Positions 19,564 through 30,400 of a stretch of DNA of 64,000 nt are shown piece by piece. The stretch is from Candidatus Giovannonibacteria bacterium (GTDB taxonomy: Bacteria > Patescibacteriota > Minisyncoccia > JACPKW01 > UBA11713). A model generated the notes under the pieces. That model was not told the origin of the DNA, searched no databases, and saw only the letters and a list, made by a program, of their open reading frames with translations. Location of the stretch: contig JACPKW010000004.1 in the NCBI GenBank assembly GCA_016186825.1, forward strand, positions 130,237 to 194,236, read 5' to 3'. How positions within the stretch are numbered: the first letter of the stretch is position 1; the number at the start of each line of letters is the position of its first letter. Made by a program: the position numbers and the translations under genes.

Positions 19564-21441
19564 ATGAAAAAAGGAAAAAATAGTTCGGAGTTAGTATCAA
19601 GAACGTTTAAAAAGCTTCAGAGAGATTATCTCGTTATCGGAAAAGAACGGGTGCACTCATGGGATGCCTGGCTTGCCATCGGTTTTATTGCGGGAGTTTT
19701 AGCGGCCGTTATTGTAATTTCAAACCGGAGCGGAGAATTTGATACTTCAGTTGCGGCGATCGAAGAATCGGCGGCAGTGTCAAGCTATTTCCCCGGGCGG
19801 ATTTTGGTGAAGTTCAAAGAAGGTGTCTCGGACGCCGAACAGGGGAGGCTTTTGAAAAGCTGGGGTCTCGCTAAGAAAAGTGAAGTTAAACAAATAAAAG
19901 TTAAAATCCTGAATGTTCCAGAGGGGGCAGAAGAAGTTTTAGTCCAAGCGCTTTTACACAATCCAAAAGTTGAGTATGCAGAACTTGATGGGATTCTTAA
20001 GCCGGAGCTTGTGCCAAACGACCCGTATTACTCAAGCGAGTGGCACCTTTCGAAAATCGGTTCTGAATCAGCATGGGATGTGACGCAGGGGCAGGCCTCT
20101 GTAGTCATTGCAATTTTGGATAGCGGAGTAGACGGAGGTCATCCGGATCTTTTGTCTAAGTTGGTTGCCGGTTACAACTTTTACAGCAATAACACGGATA
20201 CTTTCGATGTTTATGGTCACGGGACTAAAGTAGCGGGTGTCGCCGCCGCGGTCAGCAATAATGGTTTAGGCGTTGCGTCGCCAGCTTGGATAAATAAAAT
20301 AATGCCCATCAGGGTGTCGGATGCTTCTGGTTATGCATATTATTCAACAATTTCAAGTGGCATAACTTGGGCTGCAGATAACGGTGCAAAAGTAATGAAT
20401 GTGAGTTTCGGGGGTGTTGCGGGGAGTTATTCCATTACAAATGCGGCCAATTACGCAAAAAGCAAGGGGGCGCTTGTGGTAGCGGCGGCTGGAAATTGCA
20501 GCTGTTTTGACGGGACGCCGGAGAATACTTCAATGATTTCCGTTTCAGCAACAGACTGGAGCGATGCCTCAGCATATTGGTCAAGTGTTGGAAATTATGT
20601 GGATGTTTCTGCGCCCGGCACAGCAATATATACAACTACAGCAGGGGGAGGATATGAAGCTCCTTATGGAACTTCGTTTTCGAGCCCGCTTACGGCCGGC
20701 GTTATTGCATTAATGTTTTCAGCGAATGCTGATTTGACTCCCGCTGACGCGGAAGCAATTTTAGAATCAACCGCGCTTGATTTGGGATCATCCGGTTATG
20801 ATTCCTCATTCGGCTGGGGCAGGATAAATGCCGCTGCTGCAGTAGCAAGTGCCGCGAATAATGCTCCGCCGCCCGATATTTCAGCTCCGACAACCTACAT
20901 AACATCGCCCGCAGACGGCTCAACTGTTTCCGGAACAGTTTCTGTAACAATTTCTGCTTCTGACAACAATGCTGTTTTGAAAGTTGAGCTCTGGAAAGAC
21001 GGAACACTTTTTGCATCAGACACGTCATCTCCCTATTCTTTTTCGTGGAATACCTTTAATGAAGTCAACGGGTTGCATACTTTACAATCTCTGGCATACG
21101 ACGGCGCCGGCAATGTCGGGTATTCCGGGTTAGTGAATGTAAATGTAGATAATGTTGCTGACAGCATCGCTCCAAGCGTATCTATAAATTCGCCTCTCGA
21201 AAATTCTAAATTGCCATCCAGAGGAAACGTAAATATTTCTGTTTCCGCTAGCGATAGTGTCGGTGTTACGCAAATTGATATTCTCTTCGACGGGGTTTTG
21301 AGGAAGTCCTGCTATGACATAAATTCCTGTTTTTACAAATTAAATACAAATAAAATTTCTGCCGGAGCGCATACAATTTTGGCTAGGGCTTACGATCAAG
21401 CGGAAAATACCGGCTCGGCAGAAGTTAATGTAACCAAATAG
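19564..21441 (+). CDS. membrane-anchored subtilisin-like (S8) serine protease with I9-like propeptide and two C-terminal Ig-like domains
   Basis: RDYLVIGKERVHSWDAWLAIGFIAG anchor. Catalytic Asp in AILDSGVD, His in YGHGTKVAG, Ser in GTSFSSPLTAG. Ig-like repeats are homologous to those in 16693..19530. Confidence 0.85.
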   Translation: MKKGKNSSELVSRTFKKLQRDYLVIGKERVHSWDAWLAIGFIAGVLAAVIVISNRSGEFDTSVAAIEESAAVSSYFPGRILVKFKEGVSDAEQGRLLKSWGLAKKSEVKQIKVKILNVPEGAEEVLVQALLHNPKVEYAELDGILKPELVPNDPYYSSEWHLSKIGSESAWDVTQGQASVVIAILDSGVDGGHPDLLSKLVAGYNFYSNNTDTFDVYGHGTKVAGVAAAVSNNGLGVASPAWINKIMPIRVSDASGYAYYSTISSGITWAADNGAKVMNVSFGGVAGSYSITNAANYAKSKGALVVAAAGNCSCFDGTPENTSMISVSATDWSDASAYWSSVGNYVDVSAPGTAIYTTTAGGGYEAPYGTSFSSPLTAGVIALMFSANADLTPADAEAILESTALDLGSSGYDSSFGWGRINAAAAVASAANNAPPPDISAPTTYITSPADGSTVSGTVSVTISASDNNAVLKVELWKDGTLFASDTSSPYSFSWNTFNEVNGLHTLQSLAYDGAGNVGYSGLVNVNVDNVADSIAPSVSINSPLENSKLPSRGNVNISVSASDSVGVTQIDILFDGVLRKSCYDINSCFYKLNTNKISAGAHTILARAYDQAENTGSAEVNVTK

Positions 21442-21458
21442 AATTTAAATTTGCATCC

Positions 21459-24400
21459 ATGATTCAAAACTTCCAAAATCCAGAACAGGCGAAAATTGAA
21501 ACAGGTATCTTGAAAAAAGATCTGTTTTCAATCGGAACCAAGCGCGTTCATCCACATCGTGCTTGGAGTTTTATCGCAGTTGCGGTAATGATTTTTTCAG
21601 TGGCGATAACTGCGGCGGGAATTCCAACGATCGATGAAATAACTTATGCGGACGGTATTATTCCGGAAGGAAGCGGACTTAAAGTTCACTGGAAATTTGA
21701 TGAGGGGACGGGAACGACTGCGGCTGATTCATCCGGCAATAACGTAAATGCGTCGCTACTCAACGGCGCAACATTTTCTGCAAGCGGAAAAGTCGGAGGA
21801 GCTTTGAGTTTGGATGGAGTTGATGACTACGCATTAGGAGATAGTGGACAATGGTCGGGAGCATTCACAATTTCACTATGGGTAAAACCGAGCTCGGCTA
21901 GTAACGAAGGTGGAGGAGTATTTGCTTCTTCAAATAACTGGGTTCAAGCAAACACTTTTGAAATTTCAACTGGCGGTAATGGTTGCTATGGTGCTTACAG
22001 ATTTGAAGCTTATGGTAACGGAGGAGGTGGAATCCGAGGCTGTATGGGCGTTTATGGAGCAAACACTTGGACGATGTTGACTGCAACATTCGATGGAAAT
22101 AGAAACGCCATACAGAGCGGAAGTACTGCCAGCATAAAACTTTATAGGAACGGGCAATTTATTGGTTTTGCTGATGGATATCAACAGTTTTCAGGACTTT
22201 TTACCACATATAAATTGGGCCGCGATCGCGGAGGAGAGGTTAATAAATCAAATTATTTTTTCAAAGGCGACCTTGACGAAGTTAGAATTTACAATCGCGC
22301 ACTCTCGACTCAAGAAGTTTTGGATATTTATAATTCGGATAGCGGAACACCCTCTCCGCCTCCTGCGCCGGATACTACTGCGCCGACTGTTCCGTCAGGA
22401 CTTTCTGCTTCAACAATTTCATCTTCACAGATTAATTTATCATGGAGTGCATCGACAGACGCAGTTGGCGTTACAGGATACAAGATATATAGAGGCGGAG
22501 TACAAATTGCAACCTCAAACACAATTTCATATTCTGATACCGGACTTACTGCTTCTACATTATATTCATACACTGTTGCCGCATACGATGCGGCGGGAAA
22601 TACATCGGCGCAGTCTTCAAGCGCTAGCGCAACGACGCAGGCTTCCTCTCCAACTCCTACGCCAGATACAACAGCTCCTTCAGTCCCCACAGGGCTTAGC
22701 GCTACTGCAGTTTCTTCTTCACAAATTAATCTCTCTTGGACTGCTTCTACGGACGCTGTAGGCGTAACCGGATACAAGATATATAGAAGCGGAACGCAGA
22801 TTGCTACATCAAACACAACTACATATTCAAATATAGAGCTTTCTGCATCTACTTTATATTCCTACACTGTTGCTGCTTATGACGCGGCGGGAAATACATC
22901 GGCGCAGTCGGGAAGTGCGAGCGCGACAACACAAGCTTTTGTTCCATCAACTTATTCCGTCTGTGTCCCAAGAGGAACAGTTGATCCGACTTATCGTTGG
23001 GATAAATTAAATATTTATAAAGATGCAAACGGGCTCGAACATCCAACGGCTTCAAGTTACACTTTTTTAAAAACAGATCAAACCAGCCAGATCGCCATTG
23101 ATACTGCAAGAAATGTCCAAGTCGCTTTCATTAGCGGCGTAACAATGGAAGCGCCTGTAGGAACAGAAAATTGGACAGTAGTGCAAACACAAACTTGCCC
23201 ATCTGCGCGCTGGGCAGGAGCGATGGCTTATGATTCTTTAAATAAAGAAATGGTGCTTTTCGGCGGAACGCTTTCTATTGCGGGTCCAACAAACGACACT
23301 TGGATTTATAATACTGTAAGCCGCGACTGGACAAAGCTTGATCCCGGATCCGCAAGTCTTCGCGATCTGCGCGCAAAAGTTGCTTTAATCGGCGAAAATT
23401 TAGAAACACTTCGTTGGAATTTATGGAAAACTTTGGAATGGAAAACTACTGGAAAAACAGGCGCGATGAGCGAGTCCGCTTTGAACTCCGATCTTTCTCA
23501 AATTAAAATAAATGTTTCAATTGCAAGTGACTTAGCTTCTATTCAGTCAACAACTATCACAGACACTTATGAAAAATCACAAGTAACCGGAGTAAGCACT
23601 TGGCTTATAAGCGCTGAAACTAAACTTGCGAGCATCGGAAGCGGAATTTCCGGCGGAACTTTAGCTGGGCTTGAAACAGATTACCGCTCAATTATTTCAT
23701 TACAGAATGATATCGCAAGCGCAAAATATGCAGTTAATGCGGGGCCGACATCAAGATATTTCATTAGTTTAAATTACGATGCTTCCCAGAACGGTTTTAC
23801 AATCGCAAGTACGGTTGGTGCGAGTTATAGTGAAAATTGGCTTTATTCTTTAGCAAGAAAGCGCTGGGAAAGGAGCAATCCCATAATTGGATCTGCAACA
23901 ACTTTATCGCAGCCAACCGGAGAATTTGTTCTTCGCGACAATGCTACAGTCTCAAATCTTCAGAGCTGGAAAACATCAACAGATAATTGGAAAAATTCTA
24001 TTCAACCAAATACATGGATGATCGCTCCAACTAACGGCACAGGACGTCCAAATTGGGGGCGCACTTGGAGTTCTATTGTTTACGATCCTGATCGCCAGCA
24101 AATTTATTACCGCGACGGGGGGCATGGAAGTTATCATGGAAGTGTAACGGATCACTACGACATATTAACTGGACGCTGGTTTAGAAGCGACTGGGCATCA
24201 GCGCCCGACTCAAGAATCATAGGTTCTTATTTCGGCTGGGGACGCGATTACAACTATGCTCCTTGGGCTATTCACAATTACAAGAGATCGCTTTTTTATA
24301 ATCCCTTCACTGAAAGCCTCAATAGATATGTTATTTTTGGACCAGATGCGGCGGGAGGAATGAATGACTATAATCCTGATCAAGGTAAATGGTCTAAGGA

Positions 24401-27400
24401 TATATTGACTTCAGTTCCCTCGAATGTACCTGCCGTGCCTGATGGATTTATATTTGTTGACGGTTGGGAAAGGTATAGTTCTAGACCGACTACAAAAGTT
24501 TATTATACAACCTCAACAGGGATGAAAATTTGGGATGATACGGGCAGGTTGCCTTATCCAGTTGATTTCGACGTAGTTCTTTCGCTCTTTTTTAATCCCA
24601 CAACAAAAAAACTTTATTATTATGGCGGAAGCGATGCAGAATTGGGAGTTTATTCATTAGATCTTTCTCTTGCCAATCCGCGCTGGGCAAAGCTTTCAGC
24701 TACAGTTCGCGGAGGTGGATCGCTACCCTTTCCCAGTCGGGAAGTTACATACATTCCAAAATACAATGTTTTTTTAATGCTTGAAGGCTGGTCTGATTAT
24801 AATGACACGCGCCCTCCTCAAGTTTGGGTTTTTGATCCAAATATTAACGAGTGGTCAAAAATGAATATGTCCTATGGATCAGGAGTTATAGTTGGGCAAT
24901 ATCCTGGAAATCTAAATCCGATGGGAATTTCTAGCGGACTTGCATATGATAATATCAACGACCTCGCATTTTACATAACCGGAACTGGGCAAGGAGGCAC
25001 TCCCTCGCTTTTTACATTTCGGTACGCTCCTTCCGATTTAACAGCGCCGAGCGCGCCAACAAATCTTTCGGCAACTCCCGCTTCCGATACTCAAATAAAT
25101 TTGGCATGGAGCGCATCATCGGATTCTGAATCGGGAATTTTGAAATATAATGTTTTTCGCAATGGCACGCTTGTTGCGAGCCCAAACACAAATTCATATT
25201 CCGACACCGGGCTTATCGGCGGAACTTCATACACATACCAAGTTTCCGCAGTCAACGGAGTTTTGCTTGAGTCTGCAAAAAGCGCTTCTGTATCGCAATC
25301 TACTTTTACGGATATTTCCCCTCCAACCATTGTTTCGGCCGCAGCTTCCGATTCTAGTTCCGTTTCTGTTATTTTCAGCGAACCTGTTGAACAAATAAGC
25401 GCGACACAAATTTCAAATTATGGAATTAGTAACGGCATAACGATTTCTTCTGCTTCGCTTGGCGCTGACCTAAAAACTGTTACTCTATCGGTCTCTTCTT
25501 TAACAGCGGGTACAAGTTACGTTTTAACGGTCAGCAACGTAAAAGACCGCGCTTCTCTTCCGAATACAATTTTGGCTAATTCGCAAACAAGTTTTACGTT
25601 TACATCTGGACTCGTAGCGCATTGGAAATTTGATGAAGGAGCGGGTTTTGTAGCCAGCGACTCATCAGGAAGCAACAACACTGGTAACATCAGCGCGGCA
25701 ACTTGGACTTCCGGAAAAATAGGGCAAGCCTTAAGCTTTGACGGATCAAGCAGTTACGTTGACTTTGGAAATCCATCCTCACTAAAAATTACCGGAAGCC
25801 AGACAATCTCAATATGGCTTTACCCTACCGACTTTTCACAAAGGAGAAATCCAATTTCGAAAGCTTATGGCGGCGAAGGAACCATTACAGTTGAAACGGA
25901 CGGAACTGTTAATTATTTCTACGGCACCTGCGGTGGGGATTGCACCCCTTATCAAGGGTTTACAATGACAAGCGCTCTTACGGCAAATAGTTGGACGAAC
26001 TTAGTTCTTGTCCGCGATTTAAGCGCGATGAAACTACGATGGTACAAAAACAGTGTTTTAATTAACGAGTCAACCGCAAATTACTCAAGTGCCGTAGCTT
26101 CAGCAAGTTCATTGCTTGTTGGCAAAGGTTACGTTTATAATTTCGCAGGAAATATTGATGATATAAGAATTTATAATCGCGCTTTAAGCATCGCAGAAGT
26201 GCAAAGTATTTATACAAGCGTGCCTGCGCCGGTGCCTGATACCATAGCGCCTTCGGTTCCAGCTGGTCTTACAGCAACTGCGATTTCGTCTTCCCAAATA
26301 AATCTTTCGTGGGCCGCTTCCACGGATAATGTTGCGGTAACAGGTTACAAAATTTACAGGGGAGGAGTACAAATTGCAACTTCAAACACAACTTCGTATT
26401 CAAATATTGGGCTTACTGCTTCTACATTATATTCCTACACTGTTGCAGCCTATGATGCGGCTGGGAATACTTCTGGACAGTCGGGGAGTGCGAGCGCTAC
26501 AACATTAGCCGTGGGACAAGTTGATATTACATCGGGGCTAGTTGGACATTGGAAGCTGGATGAAACTTCCGGAATATCCGCAGCGGATTCTTCAGGAAAT
26601 AGTAATAATGGCACCATTTCAAATGGTCCTCTTTGGGCATCTGGAAAAATAAATGGGGCACTAAAAATGGATGGTGTTGATGATTATGTTACAGTTTCAA
26701 ACTCGGCAAATTTAAATCCCGCAGTAATTACTTTATCAGCGTGGATTAATCCTGCGACAATCGCGCAAGAACAGAAGCCAATTATTTTAAAATCTTACAC
26801 TTCGCATGTCTCGCCTTACTATCAGTATTATTTGTTTTGGTATAATACTGCTACTTACCCGAATACTATTGCATTTGGCATAAACGTTAACGGTTCTTTG
26901 GCTGGCGCCGCTAAATCCAATGCTTTTACTCCGCCGGGATGGCATTTGGTAACAGGGACTTTTGACGGAAGCGCCTCAAAACTTTACGTCGATGGCGTTG
27001 AAGCAAGTTCGGCTAATGTTTCAGGATCTTTGACTAGTTACCCAACAGAATTACATTTCGGTCGATATAGAAATATTGCTACCGATTCAATTCATAATTT
27101 CGCGGGTTCAATTGATGATATTAGAATTTATAATCGAGCGTTAACAGCGGCCGACGTTCAGGCGCTCTATGCTACAGCTCCTCCGCCCGCATACACGTTC
27201 TCACTTTCAAACGGCGGAACAAAAAGCATAGTTCAAGGTTCGTTTATTTCAAATTCAATCACGGCAACTCTTTCTTCGGGAATTGGACAACCAATAACAT
27301 TTTCGGCTTCTGGTCTTCCGCAAGGCGCAAGCCATAGTTTTAGTTCAACAAGTTGCACGCCGACATGCGCGACAAATCTAACTATCAGCACGACGGCAAC

Positions 27401-30400
27401 GACTCCGCCCGGAACTTACAATATTGTTGTCTCCGGAACAGGTTTGGAAGGCACAAAATCAACTTCGTTTTCGCTTAATGTGTCAACCGCTCCCACAGAT
27501 CCTTCAACTGCGCCGCCTTTACCTGCGGGAAGCATTCAGGTGCCGCTTACGGTGAAAGAAGCATTGCCCGCAGGAATTTCCGGAATGTCTAGAACCTCTG
27601 AATTAGTTTCTGTCGGTATTCCGCTTCCTGAAAATAGCGGAGCAATCAGCACTTCGCAACTCGGACTTTCCGGAACAACTGCCGGACAATTTAGAACTCT
27701 CGCCAAATGGCCAAACGGGAACATTAAATGGGTGCTTGCGGATTTTCTGGCGAGCGTTTCGGCCGGAGGAACAACGAACGTCAGTTTAACGACTGGAGCA
27801 GGAAATTTTGGAGGAACGAATTTAGCCGCGGATAATGGCAATACGATAAATATAAATACCGGACCGGCACAATTTGTAATTAAAAAATCAAATTTCAATG
27901 TTTTCGACAGCGTGATAATCAATGGGCAAACTCTGGTAAACACAGGAAACAACGGTAAGTTGGTTATGCGCGATTCTTCAGATAACGAATATAATTCCTC
28001 AAATGATCCGTTCTCTGCGGCAGTCATTGAAGAAAATGGTCCAGTGAAAACAGTAATAAAAGCAGCAGGATCATTCAAAGATTTAAACGGAACGCGGCTT
28101 GCCGGATATACTTTGCGGATGACTTTTTACAAAGGCGATGCTTCCGTTAAAACCTTGTTTGCAATTACGAATTCGGACGTTGCAAGTCGAGCCCACACTA
28201 ATTTTAACAGCGTAGAAGCTGTTGTTCCGATAAACATTGGCGTTACTAAAATAGCTGAATACGCAACGAAAGTTGGAAGCACATCTGGAAATATCTCATC
28301 TGGAGAAACATCTTACCTATTTCAAGGGTACAGTCTTGATAAATTGGATGCCAGCGGACGAGATTGCTTTAACTGGAAACCACCTGTGCCCGGAACGTGC
28401 GATTCGAATTTTACATATCAATACGATCAGTCTAAGGCTGGTCTTGAAATAAAAATAGGTCAGAATACTGCCAATGTTTTGGGAAATCAAAGTGATTGGA
28501 CCGGAGGATGGGGCGAGTTGCGCGACTCATCCGGAAAAGGAGTGAGCATGGCTTACCGCTGGATGTCTTCCTACTGGCCGTCGGGTTTTGAAATGAAAGG
28601 CGATGGCAGTACTTCTATTGAAATATTTTCCAAACGGAACACAAAAAAGGGGCTGACTCTCGTTTTTGGGAAGCATGAAGCGAGAGAAATAATCTGGGAT
28701 TTCCATTCTGCGGCAGGAAATAATCAAAAGACCCTCTATAAATTGCAGTATCCGCTAATCGCCCAAGCGCCATTTTCACATTACCAAAATACTAAGGCCA
28801 TTTTTGGACAGGACGAATTTGTAACTCCCGCAGAGCAAACTAAATTTTTTACGGACATGGGAAAATCGACATGGGCGCCTAATCTTGGCAATCTTTCCAT
28901 GTATCGTATTTATCGGTCGATCGGTTGGGGGACTGGAGGCGGAGGCAATCAAACAGATTTTCCGTTAAATGACTTGCAAGACTTTTTAAGAACAGGAAAC
29001 CCGGGATTTTATCTTTTGGGCGAGCAAAGAACGTTGTTCAACAATACAGCATTTGTAAGAACTGACAACGGTGGAGTTCCATCTGGATTTGATCCAGAAC
29101 CAAGCTGGTCTTCTAGTATTAATGGCAGTTTCATTGACATGGAACACGCACATGTTTTATCCACTCCTTTTTATTACTTACTAACGGGAAATGAATGGAT
29201 AAAGGAAGGCTTTTTGGATTATGGAGATTATCTAGAGTACACCGAAACAGGATGGAAATATTATGCGATGCCAACAAATCCTTGGAATCGTTCTTGGGAT
29301 AGAAAATTACGCAACATGGCGCTTCTGTACGAATTTTCATGCCAGACTGGAAACTGCAACACAAAATATCGCGATTATCTTACAAACTGGATGGATTATT
29401 ATTTAAGTTCTCGCGATAACCCTTCCAACAAGTACGTACATGGGCGAAACATTGAGCGTGGATATCGGTATTGGGCCTATCCTTGGGCTGAAGATATCGG
29501 TTTGCGTCCAGTACAAGCTTTAACAGATGTCCAGATTCACTTTGAAGCGATGTATCAAGCACTTCGTGTGATGGAAGACACGGCTGTAACTTATTTGCGT
29601 CAAGAAGAATTGGAAGATTATTTGACTGGACTTTCGCAGTTTATATTCAACGAATATTATGACGAGATAAATGGCGGTGATGCTCTCGAGGAATTCGGAT
29701 TTATGTATGGATATCCATTAGACAGCGCCTCAACTATAAATGGCGGCAATTACTGGCTGACACTTGCTCCCTACGACGCATCTCGACCCGCTTTTTGGGG
29801 TTATCAAAAAACCGGAGATGCCTCGATGCTTACTAAAGCAAATAAGTTAATATGGGCAATTACAGAATATGCCACAGGCCGCAGTCCGTCGGAACTTCAG
29901 GATCAGGCTTTGATGTACACTCATTTCAACCCTCCCGCAACATGGAAACCGCTTTCTGTTTCAGCCGCAAACAACGGGGGCGGTTCATACACGCTTTCTT
30001 GGAATGTTCCCGCAGGCACAACGAAGTATCAAATTAAATATTCACCCAAACCGATTGTTGAATGGCTTGGATTCAATAAAGTTACGAGAACATATCAATA
30101 CGATCCTGCCCAATATACCGCTTTCTTTGCCGCGACAAATATTTCAAACGAGCCTGCGCCGCTTTCTAGCGGAACTCAAACATTCACACTCTCCGGCCTT
30201 TCCTGCGGATCTAATTGTTACTTTGCAGCGAAATATTATGACGGAGAAGTGGGATCTGTTACACCGCCTCCATCTGATACTCAAGCGCCTACAATCCCGA
30301 CAAATCTATCTGCTACCGCAATTTCTTCTTCCCAAATTAATCTTTCTTGGACCGCCTCCACCGATGCAGTTGGCGTAACTGGATACAAAATATATAGAAG

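Noticed and set aside
22162-22816. Antisense and alternative-frame ORFs inside the giant genes (e.g. 22162..22761 +, 22328..22816 -, 27536..28078 -, 11409..11888 -, 13401..13901 -, 15570..16307 -)
   Set aside because: They are embedded within long, motif-rich primary reading frames, have low-complexity or repeat-derived translations, and lack independent signals.
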